Of a stretch of 64,000 nucleotides of DNA, positions 27,706 through 37,311 are shown piece after piece. This DNA is from an uncultured delta proteobacterium (lineage in GTDB: Bacteria; Desulfobacterota; Desulfobacteria; Desulfobacterales; SpSt-501): positions 4,367 through 68,366 of the forward strand of contig CAWAUC010000028.1 in assembly GCA_963785045.1 (NCBI GenBank), written 5' to 3'. How positions within the stretch are numbered: position 1 is the first letter of the stretch; every line of letters starts with the position of its first letter. Under the pieces are notes generated by a model. That model was given only the letters and a program-made list of their open reading frames with translations, did not search any database and had not been told where the DNA came from. The translations under genes were made by a program, and so were the position numbers.

Positions 27706-29190
27706 ATGACGCCCAGCCGCAGACAAACCCGCCCGGACACCGGGTGGAATTTCGATAACAGCTACGCACGGTTGCCGGAGGCTTTCTATGTCCGGCATGA
27801 ATCCAGTACCGGTGCCCACGCCGAAACTCGTGGTTTTCAACGTAGCGCTGGCACAGGTTTTTGGGGCTGAACCCCGATGCCCTAAAGGGCGACGAGGGCG
27901 CCGCCGTTTTCTCGGGCAACAGGATCCCCGCGGGGGCCGAGCCTCTTGCCCAAGCCTATGCGGGGCATCAATTCGGCTCTTTCACCATGCTGGGCGATGG
28001 GCGGGCCATATTGCTGGGCGAGCAGGTGACGCCGCAAGGTGAGCGCTTCGACATCCAATACAAAGGGTCCGGCAGGACCCCGTTTTCGCGGCAGGGGGAC
28101 GGGCGGGCGGCCCTGGGGCCGATGCTTCGGGAGTACATCATCAGCGAGGCCCTGCACGCCCTGGGCATACCGACGACCCGCAGCCTCGCGGTGGTGACCA
28201 CGGGGGAGCCGGTGTTTCGTGAAACCGCCCTGCAGGGGGCGATTCTCACCCGCACGGCGGCCAGCCACATCCGCGTGGGCACTTTCGAGTATGCGGCGGC
28301 GAGGGGCAAACCCGACGAGATCCGGACGCTGGCCGATTACACCATCCGGCGCCACTTTCCGGATCTGGCCGCGGCCGGGAACCCCTATCTTGCCCTGCTT
28401 AGGGCCGTCATGGAGCGGCAGGCGTCCCTGGTGGCGCGCTGGCTGCTGGTCGGCTTCATCCACGGCGTCATGAACACGGACAACATGGCCCTTTGCGGTG
28501 AAACCATCGACTACGGCCCCTGCGCGTTCATGGACGCCTACGATCCGAATACCGTCTTCAGCTCCATCGATTATTGACGGCCGATACGCCTACGGCCGGC
28601 AGCCGCGGATCGCCCAGTGGAATCTTGCCCGGTTTGCCGAGACGCTGCTGCCGCTGATTCACGAGAACCCGCAAGAGGCTGTATCGATGGCAACCGCGGT
28701 AATCTCTGGATTTCCAGACACCTTCCGCCATCACTGGCTGGCAGGCATGCGGGCCAAACTCGGACTGCTGAACCAGGAAGCGGATGACGGCGCCCTGGTG
28801 GAGGACCTGCTCGATTGCATGCACCGACACGGGGCGGATTTTACCAACACCTTCCGCGATCTGGCATCCGGTTCCCTGCCGGAAGCCTCCGTGTTCCGGG
28901 CTCCGGATTTCAAGCAGTGGTTCGAGCGCTGGCAAGCCCGGCTGAAACGGCAACCCGCAGCCTGGGAGGCGTCCCGCCGGCTCATGAACACCCACAACCC
29001 GGCGGTCATCCCCCGCAACCACCGGGTGGAAGAGGCCCTGGCGGCGGCCGTGGAGCGGGACGACTTCACGGTCATGGAAAAACTTCTGGCTATTCTGTCC
29101 CAACCCCACCAAGACCCGCCGGAACAGGCCGGCTATCACCTGCCGCCGCCCCCTTCGGCGCAGCCCTACCGAACCTTTTGCGGGACGTGA
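27706..29190 (+). pseudogene. selO: SelO (YdiU/UPF0061 protein adenylyltransferase) disrupted by three frameshifts
   Basis: The protein can be followed through four frames. MTPSRRQTRPDTGWNFDNSYARLPEAFYVR runs from 27706. [23 protein letters not shown] lies in the 27788 frame. [37 protein letters not shown]...VFSSIDY* lies in the 27861 frame. GRYAYGRQPRIAQWNLARFAETLLPL...YRTFCGT lies in the 28498 frame. Junctions are at about 27790, 27860 (g-run) and 28570. Confidence 0.8.
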
Positions 29191-29230
29191 GTCCATCCGG
29201 AATTACCGGGCGCCCCTGTTTTAATGCGTT

Positions 29231-29440
29231 TTATCTCTCAAGCAGTTCGAGGTTATTGGCGGCAGCGATAGCCTCGCCCCGATTGGCCGCTCGGGTTACG
29301 GCCGGCTGGCTGATTCCAAGCCATTTCGATACGGCCACGGACGTCATGCCTAAACTGCGGATGGACTTTACCGCGCTCCAGCCGCCCAGGCTGCGAGTAA
29401 ACCCGCCACCTGTCAGCTCCGGCCTTCTTCCCAGGCGAAT
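29231..29440 (-). pseudogene. C-terminal fragment of an IS200-like/RAYT (COG1943-type) transposase with terminal HTH
   Basis: The tail of ORF 29231..29494 reads ...SAVKSIRSLGMTSVAVSKWLGISQPAVTRAANRGEAIAAANNLELLER. This matches the C-terminal HTH extension I associate with this transposase family. There is no N-terminal catalytic part. Confidence 0.45.
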
Positions 29441-29480
29441 TCCCTGTGACACCGCCACATAAAAACAGGGGCGTCCCCAC

Positions 29481-30041
29481 ACCGTCTGCGCCATTGGAAA
29501 GGCTTACCCGACCTTCGAAGCCGGCCGCAAGTACCTGGCCCCGGGGATGTTCGGACCGTGTGGATACGGCTTCCCTGCAATTCTGGGCGCAAAAATCGCC
29601 AAGCCCGATGTTCCGGTGGTCGGCTTTGCCGGTGACGGCGCCTTCGGTATTTCGATGAACGAAATGACCGCCTGCGGCCGACCCGAATGGCCTGCGATTA
29701 CCATGATCATCTTCCGCAACTATCAGTGGGGTGCCGAGAAGCGGAACACAACACTTTGGTTCGACGACAACTTTGTCGCCACCGAATTGGATCCGGATGT
29801 TTCTTACGCGGGCATCGCACGGGCCTGTGGGTTGGAGGGTGTTCAGGCAACCTCCATGAATGATCTATCCGAAAAGTTGAACGCTGCCATCAAGGCACAG
29901 ATGGAAGAAGGCAAGACCACTTTCATCGAGGTGCTGACGAACCAGGAACTGGGCGAGCCGTTCCGTCGCGATGCCATGAAGAAGCCGATGGTCGTTGCCG
30001 GGATTAACCCCGCCGACATGCGTCCTCAACGAGGCGCCTGA
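29481..30041 (+). pseudogene. 3' fragment of a thiamine-diphosphate enzyme (sulfoacetaldehyde acetyltransferase/acetolactate-synthase-like)
   Basis: Only the C-terminal TPP-binding domain is present: ..GMFGPCGYGFPAILGAKIAKPDVPVVGFAGDGAFGISMNEMTA...IIFRNYQWGAEKRNTTLWF. The frame is open upstream to 29463 without a start, and the N-terminal two-thirds are missing. The Xsc assignment is a recollection of the GDGAFG..NEM..QWGAEKRN pattern. Confidence 0.55.
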
Positions 30042-30156
30042 AGCATTCAATAGTTCCGGATTTTGCATTTTCATTTTTAAGTGAGGGTAGTAAATTCATC
30101 CGGTGAGTGTCACGACAGTTGTCGCTTGAACCATGGGCTTAGCCGTGCCTTGTGCA

Positions 30157-30548
30157 GGGGGACGCTGTTAGCTCAATAGGTTATTAGAAGTGGTTTCACA
30201 ACCTCGGATCACGCCCGATGGCAAGGCGCAGGCCGATTCGAACGCGCAGCCACCACGGCAGGTGGTGAGCATTGCGGGAGGCCTGCAACGCTGCCGTCGG
30301 GCGTCAGACGGGGTTATGGCACCATTTACAGGAATCAACACCCAACATAGCAAAGGCTCTGCGTATCGTGTAGAATCTCTCCCCAACGCTCCAAAGAGTG
30401 ATCCCGATCGGAATCGTTCTGGAATATCCTGCCTCTTTCGATGCCCCTCACCATGACATGCTGCAGGGCACCCGCAGCATCGGTTCGCGACCGCCTCGGC
30501 ATGAGATACCGTCACTACTTCCAAGCCTCGCCTGTCGACTTTAACAGG
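30157..30548 (-). repeat. Dispersed repeat copy B: boundary motif + 140-nt palindromic hairpin (30187..30326) + truncated RAYT 5' fragment (30335..30502) + upstream flank
   Basis: Starts ggggacgctgttagc. The hairpin has arms gaagtggtttcacaacc..cgcccgatggca.. and ..tgccgtcgggcg..ggttatggcacc. The minus strand from ATG 30502 reads MPRRSRTDAAGALQHVMVRGIERGRIFQNDSDRDHSLERWGEILHDTQSLCYVGC*. Confidence 0.75.
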
Positions 30549-30689
30549 GTGTTGAAAGACCGCGCCTCGAACCGTGATCCGGCGTTGTGCGGCTTTTGTA
30601 AATGCTCACCTATCAATCAATAGGCTGCGCTTTCCAAAACGCCGCACGCCATGTCCAACGGCCCAATACTTGTTTTTCAACACCCTGTT
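30543..30689. repeat. 147-bp MITE-like palindromic element with perfect 15-bp terminal inverted repeats
   Basis: aacagggtgttgaaa (30543..30557) and tttcaacaccctgtt (30675..30689). Internal arms are also complementary (ggcgttgtgcggcttttg / caaaacgccgcacgcc). Confidence 0.6.
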
Positions 30690-30753
30690 GATACTCAATA
30701 ACTTCTTTTTTCCGTCCTAAAAGTTCAGGAGGAGCAACCAGGATTTTCTAGTA

Positions 30754-32055
30754 TCATTTCATTGTGGAAGGTAACCATGTGATAATGGCGGGAAAAATAA
30801 TAACGAGAATAAGACCCAGAATGTCTAAAAACATAAACGGAATTGATCCGATCGTTATATCTTTCAAAGTAATATCTGGAGGCGCTACCGACTTCATCAC
30901 ATAGAGATTCAGCCCCAATGGAGGTGTGATCTCAGCTAGCTCCATATTCACCACGAACATGACTCCGAACCAGATAAGATCAAAACCGATTTTCTCCATT
31001 AGCGGGGCTAGAATTGGCACGGTGACCATTATTATGGCGGCAGGATCCATAATACAACCAAGGAAAAAGAGAAGAAAGTTTACCGCGATCAGAATAGAAT
31101 ATGGGGAAACATCAAGGCTAGTGGCCCACGTTACCAAGGATTGCGGCACTCGCAGGAAACTCAAGGTATACCCAAATGCGGAAGCAGCCACTAAAATCCA
31201 CATGATGAAACAAGTGGTATGGGCCGTCTTCTCAAAAGCATCCCTGAGGCATCTAAACTTTAACCTTCTGTAACCGGCTGCAATGAGCAAGGAAGCAAAG
31301 CATCCTACGCCTGCCACCTCTGTCGGAGTAGCAACCCCAAAGTATAAAGCAGAAAACATGAAAATCGATAAAAGCAGCAAAGGTAAAATTTTCCATATTG
31401 CCTTTAAGCGTTCGCCCCACGTGAAGCTTTCTCGTGCAGGTGCCATATCGGGGTTAATGGCCACTCGGATGATAAAGTAAAATATCCGTAGGAGCGTTAA
31501 CATGATACCGGGTATAATGCCGGCGATAAAGAGTGTTCCAATAGATACTTCGGCAATGATGCCATAGATTATCAGCAAAATACTCGGGGGTATGAGCACT
31601 CCAAGTGCCCCTCCAGCGGCGATGGACCCAGTGGCCAAGCGTTTATCATAGCCACGTTGAACCATCTCGGGAACCGCCATACCGCCAATGACGGCCGTGG
31701 TGGCGGTACTGGCGCCGCAGACTGCTGCGAAAAGAGTACAAGCGAATTGAGAAGCAATGGCAAGTCCTGCCGGCAAGCGCGACATCCATTTGTTAAGCGC
31801 ATCAAAGGCATCCCTGGCGGCTCCCGATACAAGGATCATCTCCGCCATAAATATGAACAAAGGAACGGCTCCAAGTTCAAATGAGTTAATCTTACCGTAA
31901 GCCAGCGTACCGAAGAGAAATAAAATCTTCGGTCCCATCAGTGAAATACCGAGAGCCAATGACAAGAACCCGAGGCTGTAGGCAATGGGAACTCCCATAC
32001 CCATCAACAGCAATAGACCCACTGAAGCTATCAGCAGAATTGAGTACCATTCCAT
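30754..32055 (-). CDS. dctM: TRAP transporter large permease subunit
   Basis: 433 aa, polytopic. It has the typical DctM N-terminus MEWYSILLIASVGLLLLMGMGVPIAYSLGF and is adjacent to the Q and P subunits. Confidence 0.85.
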   Translation of the reverse strand: MEWYSILLIASVGLLLLMGMGVPIAYSLGFLSLALGISLMGPKILFLFGTLAYGKINSFELGAVPLFIFMAEMILVSGAARDAFDALNKWMSRLPAGLAIASQFACTLFAAVCGASTATTAVIGGMAVPEMVQRGYDKRLATGSIAAGGALGVLIPPSILLIIYGIIAEVSIGTLFIAGIIPGIMLTLLRIFYFIIRVAINPDMAPARESFTWGERLKAIWKILPLLLLSIFMFSALYFGVATPTEVAGVGCFASLLIAAGYRRLKFRCLRDAFEKTAHTTCFIMWILVAASAFGYTLSFLRVPQSLVTWATSLDVSPYSILIAVNFLLFFLGCIMDPAAIIMVTVPILAPLMEKIGFDLIWFGVMFVVNMELAEITPPLGLNLYVMKSVAPPDITLKDITIGSIPFMFLDILGLILVIIFPAIITWLPSTMK

Positions 32056-32056
32056 T

Positions 32057-32563
32057 TCAGCCTCTTTCCGGCCTTAACAGGTTCACATTTTTAATTAACT
32101 TTCCTAAGAGCGCAAGACACAAAAGGAATGAGCCAAGGGGGACCAGAACCTGGGACGGAAACAAGGGCCACTGCATGGCCTGAGAAGATCTCGAGCCGAC
32201 TTCTAACGACTTAAGCGCCAAGAGAGCACTTTGCCAGGTCACCACACCTCCCCAACAAAGTCCAATCAGCGAAATGATTACATCGACCATGGCTTTGAAT
32301 TTACCCTTAAACAGGTTGTATATGAAATCGACCCGGATGTGGTGTTCATGGATTTCAGTATGTGCAGATGCCAAATAGGTCATACCGACCAACAAGTAGC
32401 CGTTTAATTCGAGTGACCAATCCGAAGGAGAATGCAGTAGGTACCTGCCAATAACCTCGCGCAAAACTGAAATCATCATCACGAAGGCTAAACTTCCGCC
32501 AATCCATCCCATTTGGTCGGAGAGCTTTTCCAAACGCTGAAAAAGACACCTTTCCACATTCAT
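32057..32563 (-). CDS. dctQ: TRAP transporter small permease subunit
   Basis: ORF 32057..32617 with the likely start at Met 32563 (MNVERCLFQRLEKLSDQMGWIGGSLAFVMMISVL). It has four hydrophobic helices, and its stop abuts the dctM start. Confidence 0.75.
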   Translation of the reverse strand: MNVERCLFQRLEKLSDQMGWIGGSLAFVMMISVLREVIGRYLLHSPSDWSLELNGYLLVGMTYLASAHTEIHEHHIRVDFIYNLFKGKFKAMVDVIISLIGLCWGGVVTWQSALLALKSLEVGSRSSQAMQWPLFPSQVLVPLGSFLLCLALLGKLIKNVNLLRPERG

Positions 32564-32629
32564 GATAAAATAATCCCCTTCCCGCTCACCAGAGCGCGCT
32601 GCGGCCCCCCTCAGCATGAAAAAGAATGG

Positions 32630-33685
32630 CTATTTCTGAGAATTATAGCGCTTCTGAATAATTTGTCGAAGCTCCTGAGCCTCTTTGCCAAAACCTTGCG
32701 CTTCGTTCTGCTTGACATAGGTGTCCCAAAGGGGTTCTGTGGCATGCTCCATTTTTACAACATCTTCTTTTGGAAGAGTGTAAAATTCTACACCATATTT
32801 TTCTTTCGCTTCTTTGCGAATGGCCTCATCGTCATTCTCGACGAACGAAATCCATTTGGGGACGATCGCACGAGCACTGTCTATAATTAACTTCTGCAGT
32901 TTTGGATCGAGGCTGTTCCATTTATCCAAGTTCATCCAAGCGAGCACCCATGAATGGGGAAAAAGTGGAGGATTCACGACTTGATCACAAACTTCCCACA
33001 TCCTGTATGTTTTTAGCGAGTATGTACCCATAATGCCCGCGTCGATGATTCCCTTTTGCATGGCGGTATAATACTCACCGCCGACAGTCGCGACGGGGGA
33101 GCCGCCGATTGCTTTCACTGCAAAATTCGGCATCCCGCCTCCAGCTCTGATTTTAAGCCCCTGAAAGTCCTCGAATTTCTGGATTTTTTTTGTTCGTTTC
33201 CCAATTTGAAAATTCTGGGGGCCGAAAATTATAGGGAAAAGCGCCTTTACATTAAACCTTTTCTGATAAACCCTATCGATAATTGCTGCCATGGGTGAGT
33301 TCCACCAAAGGTCGTAAATATCTTGATAATTTTTAAAATTGGTTGGCATAGCACAGACATCAGCAATGCCTACTTGCCCACCAAAGAAAGGAGGGTAGGC
33401 AACGAGCATATCGATGAGGCCTTTTGATAGGGCGTCCAATGTTTCCTTCGTTGGAACAGGTTCGCCTCCCCAGTGAGTCTCTATGTCAATCATTCCTTTG
33501 CCTTGCTTATTTAATTCTTCAAGCCACATGCCTACCGTAGCTTTTTCACCTAAACGCACGTGGGATGCAGTATAGACATTTTCGAAAATAATTTTAACCG
33601 GTTTGTCAGCGGCCAGGAGGCTACTCCCGAAAAGCAACAACGCACAAAGACAGGTCTGGAAACAGATAGCCAATTTTTTTTTCAT
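32630..33685 (-). CDS. dctP: TRAP transporter substrate-binding protein
   Basis: 351 aa with a signal peptide (MKKKLAICFQTCLCALLLFGSSLLAA). Its position is upstream of dctQM. Confidence 0.75.
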   Translation of the reverse strand: MKKKLAICFQTCLCALLLFGSSLLAADKPVKIIFENVYTASHVRLGEKATVGMWLEELNKQGKGMIDIETHWGGEPVPTKETLDALSKGLIDMLVAYPPFFGGQVGIADVCAMPTNFKNYQDIYDLWWNSPMAAIIDRVYQKRFNVKALFPIIFGPQNFQIGKRTKKIQKFEDFQGLKIRAGGGMPNFAVKAIGGSPVATVGGEYYTAMQKGIIDAGIMGTYSLKTYRMWEVCDQVVNPPLFPHSWVLAWMNLDKWNSLDPKLQKLIIDSARAIVPKWISFVENDDEAIRKEAKEKYGVEFYTLPKEDVVKMEHATEPLWDTYVKQNEAQGFGKEAQELRQIIQKRYNSQK

Positions 33686-33890
33686 CGCTTGTCTCCTTTT
33701 GGTGGGCGAATCGAATGTGAGGTATTAATGCAGATTCCGAACTTATCCACCTCCTTTCATTGCTGCGCCTCCTCAGAAAGTTATGCGCGCTACTGGTTTA
33801 TTATTTTGTGATCTCAACCAATCCTCGATTACCGTCAACCTCCACCAAATCTCCTTTCCCATGATCTCCATGTTGAATATGTTGTTTTAA

Positions 33891-35105
33891 TCACTCAATA
33901 ACCTTTATTTTTCTGAGCTCACTAACTTGATCGTCGGAAAAATTCAGGATGTCCTTAAGAACCTCGTTAGTATGCTGCCCCAATAAAGGTGCCGGAGTAT
34001 AGACCTCTGGAGGCGTTTCTGACAGGTTGATTGGAGATCCTATTACCTTAATCTTGCCGGCAATCGGGTGATCGACTTCGCGGATCATCTTCCTATCTTC
34101 CACTATATGCAGGTCTTCTACGACATCTTTAACGGTATATATCGGCGCACACGGAATCTTACGCGCTAAAAGAAAATCGACTACTTCTTTCACATCCCTT
34201 CGCAGTGTCCAGTCTTCCACAACTTTTTTAACTTCTTCATGGCTCTTCACGCGATCATAATTGTCTTTGTATTTCTCATTATTGAGCATATCTGCCCTAT
34301 CAATGGCCTTGCAGAATGCTTCCCACAGTTTGTTATTGCCACAAGCGATAACAACCCAGCCGTTTTTCGCTTTAAATGTGTCATAAGGATAAATGAATTC
34401 GTAACGGTTTCCGGTTCTTTTTGGCTCTCTTTTTTCGACCAAGTAAATCTGAATGATTGTTTCCATCGCGGAAACGACGGAATCGACAAGCGCAATATCA
34501 ACCTTTTGCCCTGGTCTTCCGTTTTTTATGGCGATGAGGCTGCTCAGGATTCCGATGCAAGCACATAGCCCGCCAAGAATATCTGCAATCGCGGTGCCCG
34601 TCCTGGTGGGAGAGCCGTCCGGCCAACCGGTCACGCTCATGATTCCTCCCATGGCCTGCCCAACGATATCGTAGCCCGGAAGATTTTTTTTGGATCCCGA
34701 CTGGCCGAACCCCGAGATGGATGAGTAAATTATTTGGGGGTTCATTTCTTTCAGTTTATCATACCCGATGCCAAGATTATCTAGCGTTCCTGGTCGAAAG
34801 TTTTCTAAGACGACGTCGGAACATTTGACAAGATCAAGAAAAATCTCCCTTCCGCGGATATCTTTCAAATTCAAAACAAAGCTTTTCTTATTGCGGTTCA
34901 GGTTCATGAAGTAGGCACTCTCACTACCGATGAACGGGGGATAGTTTCTGGAATCATCGCCATGTCCCGGAACTTCGATCTTGATTATCTCAGCCCCCAT
35001 GTCGCCCATAAGCATTGTGCAAAACGGTCCCGCCAAAACCCTCGTTAAATCGAGGACCCGAATTCCTTGAAGTGCCCCTAAATTTTTTTGCGAGTTATCC
35101 ATCAT
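33891..35105 (-). CDS. Family III CoA-transferase (CaiB/BaiF/Frc-like)
   Basis: GIRVLDLTRVLAGPFCTMLMGDMGAEIIKIEVPG... and ..FRPGTLDNLGIGYDKL.. are signature stretches of class III CoA-transferases. Confidence 0.85.
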   Translation of the reverse strand: MMDNSQKNLGALQGIRVLDLTRVLAGPFCTMLMGDMGAEIIKIEVPGHGDDSRNYPPFIGSESAYFMNLNRNKKSFVLNLKDIRGREIFLDLVKCSDVVLENFRPGTLDNLGIGYDKLKEMNPQIIYSSISGFGQSGSKKNLPGYDIVGQAMGGIMSVTGWPDGSPTRTGTAIADILGGLCACIGILSSLIAIKNGRPGQKVDIALVDSVVSAMETIIQIYLVEKREPKRTGNRYEFIYPYDTFKAKNGWVVIACGNNKLWEAFCKAIDRADMLNNEKYKDNYDRVKSHEEVKKVVEDWTLRRDVKEVVDFLLARKIPCAPIYTVKDVVEDLHIVEDRKMIREVDHPIAGKIKVIGSPINLSETPPEVYTPAPLLGQHTNEVLKDILNFSDDQVSELRKIKVIE

Positions 35106-35121
35106 TCCTCTATTGTCTATA

Positions 35122-35263
35122 GAAGTGGTTTTATAACCCCGTCTGACCCCCGATGGCGGTGTTGCAGACCTCTCGAAATGCTCACGTACTGGCGTGGTTG
35201 CTGCGCTTTCGAATCGGTCTGCGCCTTGCCCTCAGGGGTGATCCGAGGTTATGAAACCACTTC
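35122..35263 (+). repeat. Solo copy (F) of the 140-nt palindromic hairpin element, inverted relative to copy B
   Basis: The termini gaagtggttttataacc ... ggttatgaaaccacttc have 1 mismatch in 17. The reverse complement aligns along its whole length with 30187..30326. It lies in the CoA-transferase/IclR intergenic region. Confidence 0.75.
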
Positions 35264-35313
35264 GAACCTTAAAAAAGTCAGTATAATTCGTCGATGAAGC
35301 TGGAACAGCCCAG

Positions 35314-36165
35314 TCAATCCTTCAACCGATGCCCAATCTTGAACGAAATTTCCTTTGCGGCAGCTGTGACATTCTCTGCGAACTCCGCAAATACACGCCG
35401 GCCTGGGCGTCTTGCAGTAGACCATGCTATGTTGATACCTGCAAACGCCTCCCCCGTGTAATTGATAATAGGCGCAGCCACCGCTCTTAAGCCTTTTTCC
35501 AATTCTTCGTCGTTTATGGCATACCCTATGGACCTGATTTCCGCGAGTTCTTGTTTCAGTGACATCTTCGATTTAATCGTGCGCGCTGTTTTAACTTTGA
35601 ATTCAAGGCGGGAAATAATTTCATCCTGGCGATCAACCGACAAAAAAGCCAGAATCGCCTTGCCTAGGCTCGCGCAGTAAACCGGTAGTCTGTCTCCAAT
35701 GTTAATATTTGTATTCACCAAGTAGTCGGACATGATTCTTTCGACGAAAATAACCTCGGTGTCGTTCAATATCGCAAGGTTAACTGTCTCTTGGGTGTCG
35801 TTTCTTAATTTCAACATTATTGGCAGCGCAGCCCTGCGCAGATTCATGCCTTTAAGAGCGGTTAGCCCCAGAGACACGAGCCTGGGGCCCAGCTGATATG
35901 CTTTGGTGTTCGGGTCCTGTTCCACCAGCCCCAGATCGCGCATAGTTTTCAAAAAGCGGAAGCAGGTAGTTTTGGTATAAGCAGATCTTTTGGTGAGTTC
36001 TTCGAGATTTAAGGGGGCTGCGTCTGCTGAAAGGCAATTCAGGAGGTTAAAGCACTTTTGAATTGATTGGATGTTGTCTTTCTTATTCATATTCCGCATT
36101 CCGGAATATTTATTGTTTTTATTACGCATAGTGGAACTATCAATTGACCTTTGTGTTGTCAACAT
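35314..36165 (-). CDS. IclR-family transcriptional regulator
   Basis: N-terminal wHTH (LNLEELTKRSAYTKTTCFRFLKTMRDLGLVEQD) plus an IclR effector domain (..RLPVYCASLGKAILAFL..). The start codon is uncertain because several Met codons are available. Confidence 0.8.
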   Translation of the reverse strand: MLTTQRSIDSSTMRNKNNKYSGMRNMNKKDNIQSIQKCFNLLNCLSADAAPLNLEELTKRSAYTKTTCFRFLKTMRDLGLVEQDPNTKAYQLGPRLVSLGLTALKGMNLRRAALPIMLKLRNDTQETVNLAILNDTEVIFVERIMSDYLVNTNINIGDRLPVYCASLGKAILAFLSVDRQDEIISRLEFKVKTARTIKSKMSLKQELAEIRSIGYAINDEELEKGLRAVAAPIINYTGEAFAGINIAWSTARRPGRRVFAEFAENVTAAAKEISFKIGHRLKD

Positions 36166-36461
36166 CTTTTTTATGCCAACTATGATTATTGAACCATCTG
36201 AGGGTAAAAAGGGTTCAAGACTGTGGCCATCGAAGCGTTTTTCAGATAACGACTGGAAACTTGGTATTTTTTAAGGCGTTCGGTTCAGTAGCTTCCTGCA
36301 TCGATTCTTTGGAGGGACTCCAAAGAATTTGAATTTATTGGAAAAGGTGACCGCATCAGCGATGGCGTCGATTGTACCAGAGGGCATAGCCCGTTAAAAG
36401 ACGCCTCATGACGGTGGAGATCGGCACTGGCCCGGTTCACAGACCTTACTTGAGGCTGCCA

Positions 36462-37259
36462 TCAGGGGTTCTTCAATCTCACCGTGAATTTGACGCCCCC
36501 TTTTTCTCTGTCGATGACTTTCTCGACATTGGCAATCAGTTTCTTTCCTTCCTCCCAATAACCCTTTGTACTGACGACAATTTCGCCGTTCTCGACTTCT
36601 ACTGTCGTCGCAGGGAACTCTGCCACCATGGCCGCCTGCACCTGAGCAGCGAGGAAGAGGATGTCTATCGCCTTCTGAGACTCGGGTGTGGCCTGAAACG
36701 AAGGCCGACTCGCCGCCTCGGCGATAATCTCAACCGCATCGTCTGTGGTGAGGGACTTGATGTGGATCACCATATCGTAGAGGCTGGGATCGGAGGTGTC
36801 GATTCCGTATAGGTGCTGGCTCCACCGGCGGCGCTCGTCATCGTCCTTCATGAGGGTCTTTCTGGCCTCCTCGGGCGAGATGCTCTCCAGCCTCCGCATC
36901 TCCTCATCTACGCGGTCTTCAAGGTCCGCCATGATTCTGACTTTTAGGGCATGGGAGACCCCTTGCACGAAAAAATGGCCGGCCAGCCCGTGATAGATTA
37001 CGTTGTCCTTTTGGAGGTAATGCAGCAGGGCTTCGCGGATGAAAGCGACGTACCTTTCTTTTCCGTATGTAAAACGGTCCAGGATGGAAGGCGCATCATG
37101 AATGGCGCGGCTCAGTTTGATTTCAGGTATGTTGAAATGCTCGGAAGAGTTCAAGATGATCTCTCGGGAAACGCAAACGTAACCCAGTTTCGCGCACAAC
37201 TTCTCAGCCACTTCTTTTCCGTGGCTGTAACAGCCTCTCGAAATAGTGATAATGGGCAT
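36462..37259 (-). CDS. Cytidylate-kinase-like family protein
   Basis: ORF 36462..37415 with the start moved to ATG 37259, preceded by caaggaggg. The N-terminus is MPIITISRGCYSHGKEVAEKLCAKLGYVCVSREIIL. Confidence 0.55.
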   Translation of the reverse strand: MPIITISRGCYSHGKEVAEKLCAKLGYVCVSREIILNSSEHFNIPEIKLSRAIHDAPSILDRFTYGKERYVAFIREALLHYLQKDNVIYHGLAGHFFVQGVSHALKVRIMADLEDRVDEEMRRLESISPEEARKTLMKDDDERRRWSQHLYGIDTSDPSLYDMVIHIKSLTTDDAVEIIAEAASRPSFQATPESQKAIDILFLAAQVQAAMVAEFPATTVEVENGEIVVSTKGYWEEGKKLIANVEKVIDREKGGVKFTVRLKNP

Positions 37260-37311
37260 AGGTCCCTCCTTGTTCGGCGAAAACCGTCCCACTTGGTCTT
37301 GTTTCCATGGA

